DNA of 64,000 nucleotides from Octopus vulgaris (GCA_951406725.2 OX597822.1:6138001-6202000); one strand, 5' to 3'; numbered from the stretch's first letter, positions 12,533 through 29,732 are shown. The notes: generated by a model not told the origin, from the letters alone. Program-made: numbers and translations.

Positions 12533-13616
12533 TATGACAGGAATAACATCAAATTGTGTGTATGACTTCCTTGAAACAAATTACATGCTGTCGGTGGAAC
12601 AGAAGTATTGCAAAAGGGAAAGCTGAGGGACAAAATCTATTTCTTATCGACAGTATCGTACTGAAGGGTTGTACAAAAAGATATTCTCATGTGGATATCG
12701 TATGGATCGATTATAAGGAAGTTTATGACACGATCCTCCATTTCTGGATTCTGCAGAGTCTCGAGTTGGTACAAGTGTCTGATAACATTTTGAATTTTAT
12801 CAGAAGATCGTTGAAGACCTGGACTAGAGTTAACACTATGTGGAGAATTTTTGGTGAAGGTTAAAATCAAGAGAGACGTATTTCAATGAAATAGCCAATG
12901 TTGCCTGTGATTTGTAGAACCAAACCAAGATCAAGGTACATCATGAAACGTGGTACGGTAAACAGCGGATTGAGGCATTTTGTTGTTCCTGTTACAAACA
13001 GCAACATAATACCTAGTGAAAGTGTGACACTCCCAAAAGAATTCAAGAAACAGGATAGAAAATAAAGAGTGAACAATTGGAGAGTGAAAGTGGTGCATGA
13101 GCAAGAGTTCCGAGAAATTAAAGAGTAAGAAAAGCCCAACACCCGGAAGTGGCTAAGGAAAAGTGATGTGAACGGATGCACCGAGGCATTGATATGCAGC
13201 GTTGAGGAACAAGCTTTCAGAACTAATTACCCGAAGTTCCAAATAGATAGGAGTATTGAATCGCCCCTTTGTAGGGTGTATGTTATAAAAAGTGAACACA
13301 ATCTCAGATGTTTGGGTGAGTGGTTGAAATGGGCTCTAAAGGAATAGAAAAGGAGGCCTGATAACGAAGCATTGTAATGGTACGGGTATAAACCAGAAGG
13401 TAACGCAGAGAATAATGATTGTAAGGTCTTGTAGAATTTTACAATATAGTGTGATTTAGTGATTGATGCCCGGAGAGCAGACATTGTTGTATTTGGTTAC
13501 TGTCGAAGGAAGCCAATATCATAGATATAATAATGCCTGGGGATGTATGGGTGGATGATGAAAAACTAGAAAGATTGAGAAGTACAAGTCACAACATGAT
13601 CAGATTGCATGAATGT

Positions 13617-14165
13617 GGAAGCACTCCGTCGGTTACGACGATGAGGGTTCCGGTTGATCCGATCAACGGAACAGCCTGCTCGTGAAATTAAAGTGTAAGT
13701 GGCTGAGCACTCCACAGACACCCATAACGTAGTTCTCGGGGATATTCAGCGTGACACAGAGAGTGACAAGGCCGGCCCCTTGAAATACAGGTACAACAGA
13801 AACAGGAAGTAAGAGTGAGAGAGAGTTGTGGTGAAAGAGTAGAGCAGGGATCATCACCATCCCCTGCCGGAGCCTCGTGGAGCTTTTAGGTGTTTTCGCT
13901 CAATAAACACTCACATCATCATCATCATTGTTCGACCGTGGTCGAGACAATGAAATTTACTATGTTACGCCAGACTAATTTGGAAGGATGATAGATTTCA
14001 CACACTTTTGCTCAACCTCTGCAACCACACACTTTCCACCTTTGTCGCTCCAAAGATTTGGCACCAACACTCACAACGTATTATTGTTCAGGTCACTGCT
14101 TGGAATCGAACTCGGAATCTTGGGGTTAGTATCCCGCACTCTTAAACACTATGCCATATGCCCCA
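13617..14165 (-). mobile_element. SINE family 3 body with an atypical tRNA-like head
   Basis: 13617-13915 near-identical to 58972-59272; head at 14080-14165 differs from the other copies. Confidence 0.8.
13916..14065 (-). mobile_element. RTE-like LINE 3' stub with (ATG)n tail
   Basis: WRNIVNFIVSTTVEQ** then (TGA)n; 10-bp TSD aacactcaca at 13906-13915 and 14066-14075. Confidence 0.6.
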
Positions 14166-14442
14166 TGCTTATTCCGATGTCCATTACTGAAACTGGACGA
14201 TTTTGATAAAGGTAAAAGCGCGGGCTAAACCCCAAGTAGTTTTGAGAATTTTGTTGGGAGATTGGGAATATAATGAGAAGACAACATTACTGGGGACAAC
14301 GAGGTGTTTGAGACTGGTGCCAGGATGTTAGGTATCGTCTAAGAAGACTCTGTGAGACTCTCGCCTCTTAATCAACCGGAGCAAGTGAAATCTGCAGTTC
14401 CTGATGCAAATGCTATTCCATGAAATCTACTCAACGTAGATA

Positions 14443-15103
<661 letters not shown>

Positions 15104-15521
15104 GCAAACCCTATGGACTGGCGTCCAATCCAGCTGGGGATTGTATATATATATACCGATATGAGCCTGGCTAGGCTTTAAATAGGGCGCATTTATTTTT
15201 TTATTATATATATATATATACATTATGGATGTGTGTGCGCGTATGTATGTATATGTGTATGTGTGAGCGTCCACGCGCGCGCGTATCTGCGTATCTGTAT
15301 ATATATATATATATATATATAGTTTAAATACACTTTTTCAATTCGTATTTATTGTGTGTATGAGTGTAGTACCTTTTTATTTATTATTATAATTTATTGC
15401 TAATGACCAGCTGAACAGTTGTGGGTGACTTGGTGGTTATATCTAGATAAATTAGATTTACTTAGATGTATGTGAATGTGGTGGTATATGTTTATATGTA
15501 TGCATGTGTGACTAAGTATGT

Positions 15522-15559
<38 letters not shown>

Positions 15560-15884
15560 GCGTGTATCTATCTATCTATCTATCTATCTATGTGAGTTAA
15601 ATCACTGGCATTATTTACTGTAATGACTAAAGCCAATACAATTTATTTCGTTTAGCAGCCATGTTGAACACTGAATAATTTTCAATTTCAGTGTTACTTT
15701 GTTATTTTTGAACGTCATAACTAAAATATAAGATTACTTAATATGTATAACTTGTAACTACCTCAATAGTTGGTCGTGACATTCTTTGCTAAGAATAATT
15801 TAAAATGTAAAAATAATTTACAAAGGCAACCAGATGTGGAATCAGTTGTAGTATAAACTTTTAAATATGAATATATATATCAAC

Positions 15885-16228
<344 letters not shown>

Positions 16229-16653
16229 GATTGTCTGTCGTCATCTTCGACTGCGTAAGTCAAATCAACGTCTCGTATTTATTTATGATTGTTTGTATTG
16301 AATGTTTGTCAACAGTTGGTTAACAACATCAGGTTTCGTGTGATTGAATCGGTCATCCGAAAATACAATCACAGGGGCGTATTTTCGCTTTTTAAATTTC
16401 ATTAAAAAAGATTTTTTAAAAAATCTGTCCTGAAAAATGTATAACTTGGCTAAAGCGTCTGGCGTTCCATGGTCTTTCGTGGACATTGATTTCCCAGCAT
16501 TGCCGAACACTGCTGGGAAGAGAGAAGGCATTGAATTATATTCACACAGACACAGTTGAACAACGTCAACACACATACTGACAACAGGGACCCAAGCAAG
16601 CAAATGGGAAAGGAAAGCTAGCACCACCACTGTCTCAACTACTGACACCATCA

Positions 16654-16705
16654 CCACCAAAGATATCACCAAAGATATCACCAAAGATATCACCAAAGAT
16701 ATCAC
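16654..16705. repeat. 12-bp tandem repeat (caccaaagatat) x4
   Basis: Direct reading. Confidence 0.9.
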
Positions 16706-17839
16706 CTCTCCCACATCATAAGCAGTTGTCCGAAAATGTCACCACGGTATTATCTACCGTTGTGACATGATGTAGCTAGAACACTCTATAATGAAATCCG
16801 TCGGAAAGATAAGCCCCGAGGTCAAAGAAATAAGAACCCACAGTATTGTACAAATGTGGATTTGTCTGTATTAACTATATTCCAAAGATGGAGTCTTGTA
16901 TCGCAGTGGAAAATTTGTAATAATTAAAAAAATAGAAGAGACACATACATACATCAATGCATAATCGGCTCTTTCTCTGTTGGCAAGAAATCTTGAAATA
17001 AAACTGAATAATAGCGTACCTACGACATACATCTATTAGTGACGCACTGAAGATTGGTAAGATATCCCAAAATTTCTCCATCTGAGATCCTTATGTGAAG
17101 AGATATACACATTTAGATGTATGCATTGACAGTTCAACCAAAATACTAACTGAACCACACATTTTCAAATATCAGGAACTCTCTCAACTCAAGAAGTAAT
17201 GTCGTTTTCTTAGGGACCGGCTTAAATTCTCTCAAGAATAACTTAAATAAAACTTAAAGAAAAAATCATACATATATGTGTGTATGTATGTGTATGTAAA
17301 TATATATATATGCCTGTGTATGTGTGAGAGAGAGAGAGATAGTGAGTGCGCGTATGTGCAAGTGCATGTGCGTATGTGTGTGTATGTGCGTGTGTTTGAA
17401 TCCGTGTGTGTGTGCATGTTAGTGTTTAAAACAACCCCAGCGGACCTATGTCCCCTGTAATACTTAGTTCCCATCGTATGCAAGAGCTTTTAAGTTGTGC
17501 AGATTTTCCCCCTGCCACATCTCTGGAATGTAGAATAAGTACAATTATTAATTACTGCAATTAATTACAATTTCTGACAACAAAACCTATCTGTCTATAT
17601 TAATTTCTCCACGTGCTCGCCATTTTGAAAGAAAATCGATCAGGAACTAAACATCTTGCTACAGAAATGTAGGAAATACTACAATTTTGTACCGCACTTA
17701 TATTAGACTTAGCACTTCCAATACCATAGAAAAAGATGGAAGCAAAATAAGATTACCGCAGATTCGCAAGGCACACATTCTTTGGTTATACATTGAATGC
17801 ATGCGACGTTATTGGTTATTTAATTCTTTCTGCTATAAG

Positions 17840-18550
17840 GAAAAGACCTATTTTGTAGAAAGGGGAAGGTCAATTAAATCGACCTTAGTGCTTGATTGGT
17901 ACTTATTTCATCGACCCCAAAAGGATGAAAGGCGATATCGAATTCTGCGAATTCAAACTCAGAACATAAAGCCGGAAGAATGCTTAACGATTCTGATAGC
18001 TCGCCACCTTCCTGTTTCAAACTTCGGCACAATGCCAGCTATTTTAGGGGTGCAGGTAAGTTTATTACGCCCAGCCCAGTACTCAACGGGTACTTACTTT
18101 ACTGACTCCGAAATGATGAACGTAAATTTTATCTCAGAATTAACTGAACTCCCGCCGTAAAACCGTAAGAAATTCTGCTAAGTAACATGCTAACGATTCT
18201 GGCAATTTCCTGCCTTCAGTGGTTTAACATTTTAGCACAAGGCGAGCACATTTAATGGTAAGGGGTAAGTCGATTTCTACCACCCCTACGAATGACTTAT
18301 TCTATCGATCTTGAAAGGATGTGAGGCTAAGTCAACTTCAGCAGAAATCGAACACACTTCGTAATGAGCCAGAAGAAATGTCGCTAGGAGTTTTGCCCGT
18401 CATGCCGATTCTAACTGCTCGCCATCATTAATCATTCCAAAATTTGGGCACAAAGCCATGTATTTTTAGGGACAAGGGTTTAGTTAATTATATCGACTCA
18501 TTTGGTTCGTACTTTTTATAGAACTAGACTAGTAAAAGGTAACGTCGACT
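17840..18550 (-). mobile_element. Array of about 4 old, same-orientation SINE family 2 copies
   Basis: Repeated ggtacttattt-atcgac-aaaggatgaaagg and aacgattctg motifs. Confidence 0.65.
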
Positions 18551-18553
18551 CTC

Positions 18554-18910
18554 GAGCATGGCCCTTATTTGCTGACGATATGTGCATTTCTAATCACGAG
18601 CAGGAGTAGTTGGGGAGCATCATAGCCAGGTGTTGAGAGGGATTCTTTGGGGTCTGAATGAATCACCTTTGGAAACATGGGCGTTTCGTTTATCATCCTA
18701 AAAATCCTTATTTTGAGCGGAATGGGCTGAAGAAAATTATAGCTGGGCCATGTTTATCTTGATGTTGTGAGATGGCTATGTCGAGCACATATGGTTGTGA
18801 AACATGTACCTGATGTACCCTTATCAGACGGGAAGTCATGATGGGTATATTGGGCTTCGTATATTTGTACCCCCGTGTCACTTTGATTGTATGTATTGCT
18901 CTCTCGCTTA
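18554..18910 (+). mobile_element. Element X, 5'-truncated and diverged copy
   Basis: Aligns to 11253-11645; followed by a trinucleotide array. Confidence 0.8.
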
Positions 18911-18916
18911 AGAATT

Positions 18917-18984
18917 ATAATAATGATGATGACAATGATGACGACGACGACGACGACGACAACAACAACAACAACAACAACAAC

Positions 18985-19037
<53 letters not shown>

Positions 19038-19062
19038 TAACAACAACGACAACGACAACAAC

Positions 19063-19133
<71 letters not shown>
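18917..19133. repeat. Mosaic trinucleotide array (GAT/GAC/AAC/AAT)
   Basis: Direct reading. Confidence 0.95.
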
Positions 19134-19134
<1 letters not shown>

Positions 19135-20115
19135 GTCAACGATACATGCACTGAAAAAATGTACTATATATCCTCCGAAACTATATACAGGTTCCATTAG
19201 TCTGCTCTTAACCTCTGACTCATACACACTCATCTGAAGACGGAGACATAGTTTGTACGTTTGTGTAGACATGGAAACATACCTATGCACAAATATTACG
19301 CCCCAGTACACAAGTACACTTAGACAACCTAAAATATATAAAGCTACTGATAGATGTAGAAATTGTCTTCATAGAAATAGATAAATAATATTACTTTTGC
19401 CTTTACGTAGCTACATCTATGCATTTAAATTGTATCATTTGAGCTTGCAGCAATGCCACTAATTCCGCTGTAAATCTCTCTGAAAAATTCCATAAAGCAG
19501 TAAGAAGGACAATGCATATGAAATAATATAATAAACATGTCGAACCATTTACAAAGACATTCGTAATTTTCCCTTATAAAGTTTGTCTTTTATAGATTAT
19601 TAAATTTTTAACATTTCTCCAAGGAATGTTTATTAAGGATAGTTCTATCGCAGACAATTCTAAAAATAGGAAAGAAAGAAAAATTCAATAAGAGGAATGC
19701 TTTGTGTTTTCTTAACAAAGAGACTTTGAAAACACTTATCTCAAAATACGTGAATGTTTATGGAAAAATTGCAATAGGAAATATTAAATATAGAGCAGTC
19801 AAGAAAAATGTTCACACAACCATTAAAAGATAAAAAGCCAACGAGCGTGTCTTTAAGAGCCGACAGGGTATGCTAGAAATAGTAGGTAAATCTATTTTTG
19901 TTCATAGCTTACTATACTGAAATTGGGATAACATACTGAGTAATATGCTTTTTTTGTTTATTTTTTCGTGATTCAGCTCTGAAGGAAAGGATCCGAACTC
20001 ATGTAAGTCGGATGTGATACACTATGCTCGAAATGGAAAAAGATTATGAGGAAAGATGGTCGCACCTGAAGTGTCTTTCACTATCAGTATTCTTGAACAG
20101 CTGGGCAGCTAACAA

Positions 20116-20147
<32 letters not shown>

Positions 20148-20229
20148 GCAGCAGCATCATCAACAACAACGATAGCAACAACAGCAGCAACAACAACAAC
20201 ACCAGCATTAAAGCACACACGGATGATAT

Positions 20230-21330
20230 TGGTCTCAAAGTTTGGCACATGGCTAATAATTTCTGGGTAGGAGGTAAGTCGATAAATCGACCTCAAGTGC
20301 TCAACTGGTGCTTATTTTATGTATCTCCAAAGGATGGGAGAAAAAGTTGACCTGGACGGAATTTGAACTCAGAACGTAAAGGCGCACTAAATGCCGCTAA
20401 GCATTTTGCCCGGCGTACTAACGATTCTACCAGATCGCCGCCTTACAATAATCGAATAATCAATAATCAATATGATTTGTCTAACGTCAATTCTGACCAA
20501 GTAGAAATACGTTCCTGATCTAACCTTTCTAACTTTATTTCAGATATTGTGTATTTAGGATTAGCCTGTATGTTCTTCCTTTTTTAACCTTGTAGGATGT
20601 AATATAAGAAAGGTCTGACCGCTACTCTTAGCAGGTCCATGAAAATATTTAGTCTCTCTTGTTGACTCTTTTGTATTGTCGTTTTGACTCAAGCAGACCT
20701 AAGATCAAATGTGTCCCAGCTTTGATCGTCCCATAATGATTTTTGGGACATAGTCTCAGACTATCTTTATTTTCAAGACTTGGGTGCAATTTGAATAAGA
20801 TTTGTCCGATACTTGTAGCTTGCCAAGCGATCCCTGTTGAGCTGCCATGGATTAATATTTCCACAAATGCTATGACAATTGTATTTTTTTTATATCGGCA
20901 TAAATTTGGTAATTTCAGCGGGGATGGGGACCGGGGACCTATTCGATTAAATCCATCGGTACTTTATCAAACAGGAGCGATAAAAAGGCGACGTTGAATT
21001 CAGCGATATATGTAATCAGAACGTAGCAATTTGGAAGAATTACTGCGAGGTGTTTTCCCGACGCTCAAACGATTTTGTCAGTTCACCCGCCTTTTAGATT
21101 CTATAAAGACTTTTGAATTAGGTGCGAGTACAAAAAGTGTGAAGAGAGGGGTTCAACCGATTACATAGACCCCAGTACTCGATTGGTACCTTTCTCTATC
21201 GGCCACATAGGAATGAAAATCAAAGCTAGTCTTGGCGTGGCATGATTTGAATTCGGAGATATAAAATATCATAACAAAGCTGCAAGTTCCCTTCCTCCCC
21301 TCCGACGTTTTAACGATTTTGCCAATCTAT
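20230..21330 (-). mobile_element. SINE family 2 copies (20230-20445; degenerate pair ~20900-21330)
   Basis: ggaatttgaactcagaacgtaaa, gccgctaagcattttgcccggcg. Confidence 0.7.
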
Positions 21331-21811
21331 CGTTCTTTTAAATGCTGTAATAAAATATACAAAAACTTTATAGCAGTCACACAGTTCTTCAAAATTAAAC
21401 CCATGTGACCATTCCAAAGATTAGGTTGCAAGTTGTAAAACATTAGATAAAAGCGACCGTGATTAAATTATAAGTGAATACAAGAGTGATAATGGTATCG
21501 TCCCATTTATATTTATTTATTTATGATTTCTCATAAAGCTTAACTTTCTTTACAAGTGTAATATTTCACTTAAATCTGTCGTTCAGTCTTTTTAATTCTT
21601 TTCTATCAGAACTGTTCAAGAAGCCAATCAGGACAGAGAATCTTGGGTTTTCTAATTTTATTAGCCCAGGATTTATGCTATAACTGTTTATCATTTCCTC
21701 TGAAGTACTATATCTTTCTTCTCGTAGCTTCTGTCAAGGATATTTTAGTGCAAAATATTATTTTGAAATGTAATATCGTTGAAAATCAAATGAGACATTT
21801 ATATAAGCGAG

Positions 21812-21897
<86 letters not shown>

Positions 21898-22550
21898 ACC
21901 GTCTGTCTGTCTGACTGTCTGTCTAGCTAGCTACCGGTCTATCTATCTGTCTATCTATTTCTTTCTATCTATCTATCTATCTAGATAGATAGATAGCTAG
22001 CTCGCTGTCTGTCTATCCATCCTTCGTAGCTATGAATACATACGCTCCTACGCGTGCAAAACACATACATTGGTTGCTGTTAAATTGTTATCGTGTATAC
22101 TTAAATTTCTGATGCAGTACCTCTCTCCCAAGGGATGTCATGACGACGAAGTCATACAAGTTTATGGCCGCACGTGGAATTTACTTACTAGACATCGATG
22201 GCGTTAAAACGAAGAACACATTCATGTTTTAAATTTGTTGCTGTTCCTCGCCAAAGCTGCAGCTTCAGAAAAGAAAGATCACAAAACCTACCGTTACATT
22301 AAATTTCATAGCGACAGTTTTGCAACATGGGTGTCAATGAGTAAATACTTGAAGCTGTTAAGATGAACATTTAAAAAAAAAAATTACAAGATGTCCAGAG
22401 ACTACAAAATCGAAGGTTTCGTGAGTGAGTCTCTCTCCAGCAAGTGGTCTAATTTGCATACACATGTAAAATATATAAACATGCATACACACACACGTAT
22501 ATATATAAACATATAAACATATAGAGAAAACACGTATACACATACCCCGC

Positions 22551-22639
<89 letters not shown>

Positions 22640-22846
22640 ACTAGTTTTTCATTTTTCTTTTCTTTTGGTCCTTTTCCCTTTTTTTCCCCTTTTTTTCTTT
22701 TTTTCTTTTTTTTTGTTCTTTTTTCCCTTTTATGATCCCTTTTGATCGAAAACCTACGCCATCTTTTTTTTTTCTCCCCCAAAAGAAAAGCTCTACCTTG
22801 TAACCTGTCCCATCTGTGTGCAGCCCTGTGTGGCCAATAAAGAAAC
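22640..22846 (+). mobile_element. LINE-like 3'UTR stub inside (TCTA)n, sharing its tail with SINE family 2
   Basis: T-rich UTR ending tgtcccatctgtgtgcagccctgtgtggccaataaagaaa; TCTA repeats on both sides. Confidence 0.55.
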
Positions 22847-22859
22847 TTATCTATCTAGC

Positions 22860-24330
<1,471 letters not shown>

Positions 24331-25074
24331 TGACTTCTTTCTAGCAATACTGGTACAACTTAACATTGTGTGTCAAGAAGATATCAGCGTCGCAACGATA
24401 ACCAGCGCAGGATTTGCCTGGGGTTAAACTAGTAATAGCATGGAAAAGTCACTTTGATGTGGCTATTGACTTTACTTGTTAGTATAGTTACTACTATTAT
24501 CCAGATGGATAATAAAAAATCAAATTAAAGAAAAGACTATTGTCTATAAAGGACACAATCTAGAGAAAAAATAAGATTTGAACAAATGGAGGAAAGCACC
24601 TACGAAAAGTGGCTTGGTGCGACTATGAAAGGTATCTAACCAGAGGCGGTAAATTCGCCACAATAGAAGCAAGGTTCGAGTCAACGGAGCGTGCAAGGAA
24701 GTACTCGACTCGAACTTGCAAAGTGGAAATATTTTATTTTTCACCTTTATATCTGGGACGTAGGACGTCCCGCAAAAAATTTAAAATGCCCCCCCCCCCC
24801 CGAAGTAGAGGTAGGCTGGATTGTAGCCACACTTCTATACAAGAGGGAGGACAAGATACGATTGATCGAAATTACAAGAGACGGGCCTACAATTCCAGTC
24901 TGTTATATATTTTGAGTATTGTTATCACCAGCGATATCAAGATATAACTTTGTATTTTGTATTTTATGTGTAGATGTATATATATAGATGTACATGTAAT
25001 ATGTACACACATATATATACACATATATACATGCACTAGCACTATGACTCGGCAACGATGGGTCTTTAATGCTA

Positions 25075-25785
<711 letters not shown>

Positions 25786-26024
25786 TCAATAAATGGTGGG
25801 GTTGTGTTGACCGCACGTGGAGAAATGATAAGTAAGGAAAAATTTTTTTAAAAATGCAGAATGCTCAAATGAAAGAAAATTTTAATAAAATGAGAAAATG
25901 ATAAAATATATAAATGTATATTTATTCAACCGGTTTTCGTCATTGTATGACTTGTCAAGAATATTTATGTTTTAAGAAGTTTTTTAAAAATTAGAAAGGG
26001 GAAAAAAAGAGATATATATATATC

Positions 26025-26372
26025 TTGTTCTCTGTCTCCTGTCAAGACTTGTTTCTTCGCATTCACCCCCACAACTTCGTTTAGGCTTTTTGTCACCAAT
26101 CTTGACCCTTCGCAAGATTGCAGATTTTATTTAATTTGCTTTGCGGGAGCAAATGTTTTATCGAATGCATATTTTTGTCGTGACTTGCTCGAAATACAGA
26201 TTAGAAAAACAGCCGATAACTGATAAAGGGTCTTTCTTTGTGTTGCTTGTCTTGTTTTCCATTTGTTTCTTTCGTTGCTCGCAAAAAAATGCCCGTATTC
26301 CATGTCCTCGTACTTCGTATTTTGTTGTTTATGTTTTGTGACGTCCAGCGCCCACATAGGCATATATATATG
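26025..26372 (+). mobile_element. Unclassified dispersed repeat Y (probably Penelope pLTR-derived)
   Basis: gctcgaaat..acagccgataactgat..gacgtcc..cccacata; related copies at 28633-29100 (-) and 29480-29732 (+). Confidence 0.6.
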
Positions 26373-26428
26373 CGTATACATGTAAGTATGTACGTATAAG
26401 TATGTTTATATGAATATATATATATTAT

Positions 26429-26515
<87 letters not shown>

Positions 26516-27966
26516 TATGTATGCATACTTGCATATATTTACATACATATATACTCACACATATATATGTATACATACACATATGTATATATATATATAT
26601 ACAGATATAGATATATATATATACATACATACACATGCATATAAATATGTGTGTATGTGTATGTGTGTGTGCGTCTGTTGAGTGTGTGTGCATGCGAAAG
26701 ATGTCTAGAATGTTGTTTTATTTCATGGAATAAAAGTATAGAGAAGGTAAAAAAATTCAGAAACCTACTCAATCGTATAAATGAAAATGTACAATTCATC
26801 TTAAAATATATCCAAGCTCAGCTTCTATTTATTTATACAGAAATAAAGTCAAACATGTGCGATAAACCATGGGACTCCAAACAATATCCGCTTCTCAATT
26901 CGTGCTACGCGAGAAACATCAAAGTAAACGTCTCTTATTATAATTTTTAGCCACAACGATCCGAACTTTTGTAATGATAGATGAATGAAGGAAATGAAAA
27001 AGGAAGTGATTGTAGCCTGTCGCCTGTGCGCATGCATTTTCTTTATTGTCGCAACAGTCAAACACAAATGAATTCTGACAGCCGACGCATTTCTTCTGAG
27101 CCTCTCTTTCAATCCTATAACAAAGCATCACGACTATGTCAGAAACAGTTTCTCTTTATATCGCACAGAACAAGAAACATAATCACGAAACAACCGTGGA
27201 GTGTTTTTTTTTTTGGGTGGGTGGGCGGGGGGGGTGTTCTGGATTCTGTATAACCATCCAAATTAGGGACGTTTCAGTTATGTTGTTCTATATTATTCTC
27301 ATCATAGTTTTTCGTCTTTCTAACTGATTTATTAGAACTTACAATTGTTGGGCCGTCTGTATTTGACTATGCTTGTCATAACAGCTTTCGTATCGTCTGA
27401 TACTCATACCGTTTGTTTGTTTTCCCTATATTGTTTTTACGCGCCAATTATAAGCAGTTTAACGCTTAACAACGGTATTCTATTGCCTACGTTTCTGCAA
27501 TAGAGTAATTCATTATTTTCTCATGCATGTATGTTCAATATTCATTACACACAGACACATAATTTATGCTCTTTGATCATTCATAGGCATGTGTTTTTCT
27601 CTGTTCTAGAATACTACGCTTACCATACTTGAAATAATTTAATTCTTCTTTGACGTCTATTGAACAAGAAACTCCTTTGCTTTTCTATTTTGGCTATTCA
27701 CGATTCTGTGAAATTCTTTGGAAATGGATTGCACGGAATGCCAAAAATTCTTACAATTTTTGTTGTATTAAAAATGTATTTATTTCCATGTTTTTCATAG
27801 AAATTAGTTCCATTATGTAAATTACATTTTCCTGTAACATTTTTTTACCTTTTTTAAAAGACGCGTTCCTCTTAATCTCAGCATTTTAGAGGTTCAGTCG
27901 ATATGATATATTTTCATAGAGAGGCTAAATATATATATACTTATCAAAATGTTGTATACAATTCCT

Positions 27967-28134
27967 AAGGCGTAGGAGTGATCGTGTGGTAAGTAACTTG
28001 CTTATGAACTACATGGTTCCGGGTTCAGTCCCACTGCGTGGCACCTTGGTCTAGTTTCTTCTACTGTAGCCTCGGGGCGACCAAAGACTTGTGAGTGGAT
28101 TTGGTAGTCGGAAACTGAAAGACGCCCGTCGTAA

Positions 28135-28190
<56 letters not shown>

Positions 28191-28323
28191 CGTATAATTA
28201 TGACGGGCGTCTTTCAGTTTCCGTCTACCAAATCCACTCACAAGGCTTTGGTCGGCCCGCGGCTATAGTGGAAGACACTTGCCCAAGGTGTCACGCAATG
28301 GGCCTGAACCCGGAACCATGTAG

Positions 28324-28379
<56 letters not shown>

Positions 28380-28466
28380 TGTGTGTGTATGTTTTGCTCG
28401 ACTAAAAGCAGTGCTCCTGCATGGCCATAGTCAAATGACTGAAACAAGTAAAAGAGTAAAAGAGAG
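27967..28466 (+). mobile_element. SINE family 1 head (27967-28131), inverted head (28201-28322) and tail stub (28395-28466)
   Basis: Matches the other family 1 copies; tail (AAAGAGT)n. Confidence 0.8.
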
Positions 28467-28517
28467 TATATAATTGTATATACATTCTGCTGATATATAT
28501 ATATATATATATATGTA

Positions 28518-28578
<61 letters not shown>

Positions 28579-28594
28579 TACATATATATATATA

Positions 28595-28632
<38 letters not shown>

Positions 28633-28633
<1 letters not shown>

Positions 28634-29283
28634 ATATATGGGTATAGAACGTCACCAACAGTAAACAGCCTGAAATACTAAAACAAATGTGTTCAATATG
28701 TAAAGAACGAGAGAAACAAATGGAAAACAGGACAAGCAACAGAAAGAACGACTCTTCATCAGTTATCGGCTGTCTTTCTACTCCTCATTTCGAGCATTGA
28801 ACTACAATATGAGTCTGTAAAGACAGTGGCTCTCATAAATTTAGATTTTATGGAGAGTCAAAGTTGGGAACAAAAACAGGACAGTAGAAAAGTACACGAA
28901 AACCGAACGAAAACTAACATGGAGCGTCGTTAGACCAGAACGAGGGTAAAATAGCGAACGCTAGAGAAATATTTTCTTTGACAAGAGAAAAGATAGAAGA
29001 GAGAGACAGGAAATGTCCCGTCTTTAGGACAGTCCTGAAAGAAAAGAGAGATGATCATGTGAGGAAAAGAGAGATGGACGATTGTCACGTGCGAACAATG
29101 TGGGAGGTAAAAGAGGAGAGGTAGGAGTGAGAGACAGATAGAAAGCGGAGAAAGGGAGAAAAAGAGAATAGGGAAAAATGAGAGAGAAAAAGATGGGGGA
29201 AAAAATATAGAATAGAGTCACTTCAAAAAGATTAAGATAAACTTACTTGCAAATGGATACGTTGTGTTCAATCAAATAATATA

Positions 29284-29362
<79 letters not shown>

Positions 29363-29732
29363 TGTATATATTTAAGAGCCTTTGGGATTTATGAAGGCTC
29401 AAAGGTGGGAATAAAAACAGGACAGTGGAGACGTACAAGGAAACCAAACGAAGACATACTAAGAGTGTCATTAGTTCAAAGCTTGACCCTCCATAAATCC
29501 CAAATCTTATTTTGATGCTTGTAGGAGCAACTGTCTTCAAAGACTCCTATTGTCGTTCAATGCTCGAAATAAGGAGTAGATAGACTGCCAACAACTGATT
29601 AAGGGTCGTTCTTTGTGTTACTTGTCCAGCTTTCCATTTGTTACTACCATTATTTGCGTATTGAACTCAATTGTTTTCGTATTTCATGTTGTTTACTGTT
29701 GGTGGCGTCCTATACTCATACCCATATATGCA
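28633..29732. mobile_element. Repeat Y copies: minus copy 28633-29100, minus stub 29381-29475, plus copy 29480-29732
   Basis: Mutual similarity; 29381-29404 is inverted relative to 29482-29504. Confidence 0.6.

Larger units (their letters stand above)
12540..14442 (+). mobile_element. Decayed Dong/R4-like RT-RLE fragment interrupted by a nested SINE
   Basis: VWIDYKEVYDTILHFWIL (RT domain), WYGYKPE..N..KVL*NFTI*CD..ARRADI (RLE); resumes after 14165. Confidence 0.75.

Noticed and set aside
16283-16714. 143-aa minus-strand ORF (VISL repeats)
   Set aside because: The repeat comes from a 12-bp tandem; no recognisable domain or splice support
20111-20200. Poly-N/S/Q coding repeat
   Set aside because: (AAC/AGC)n tract adjacent to a SINE tail; no coding context
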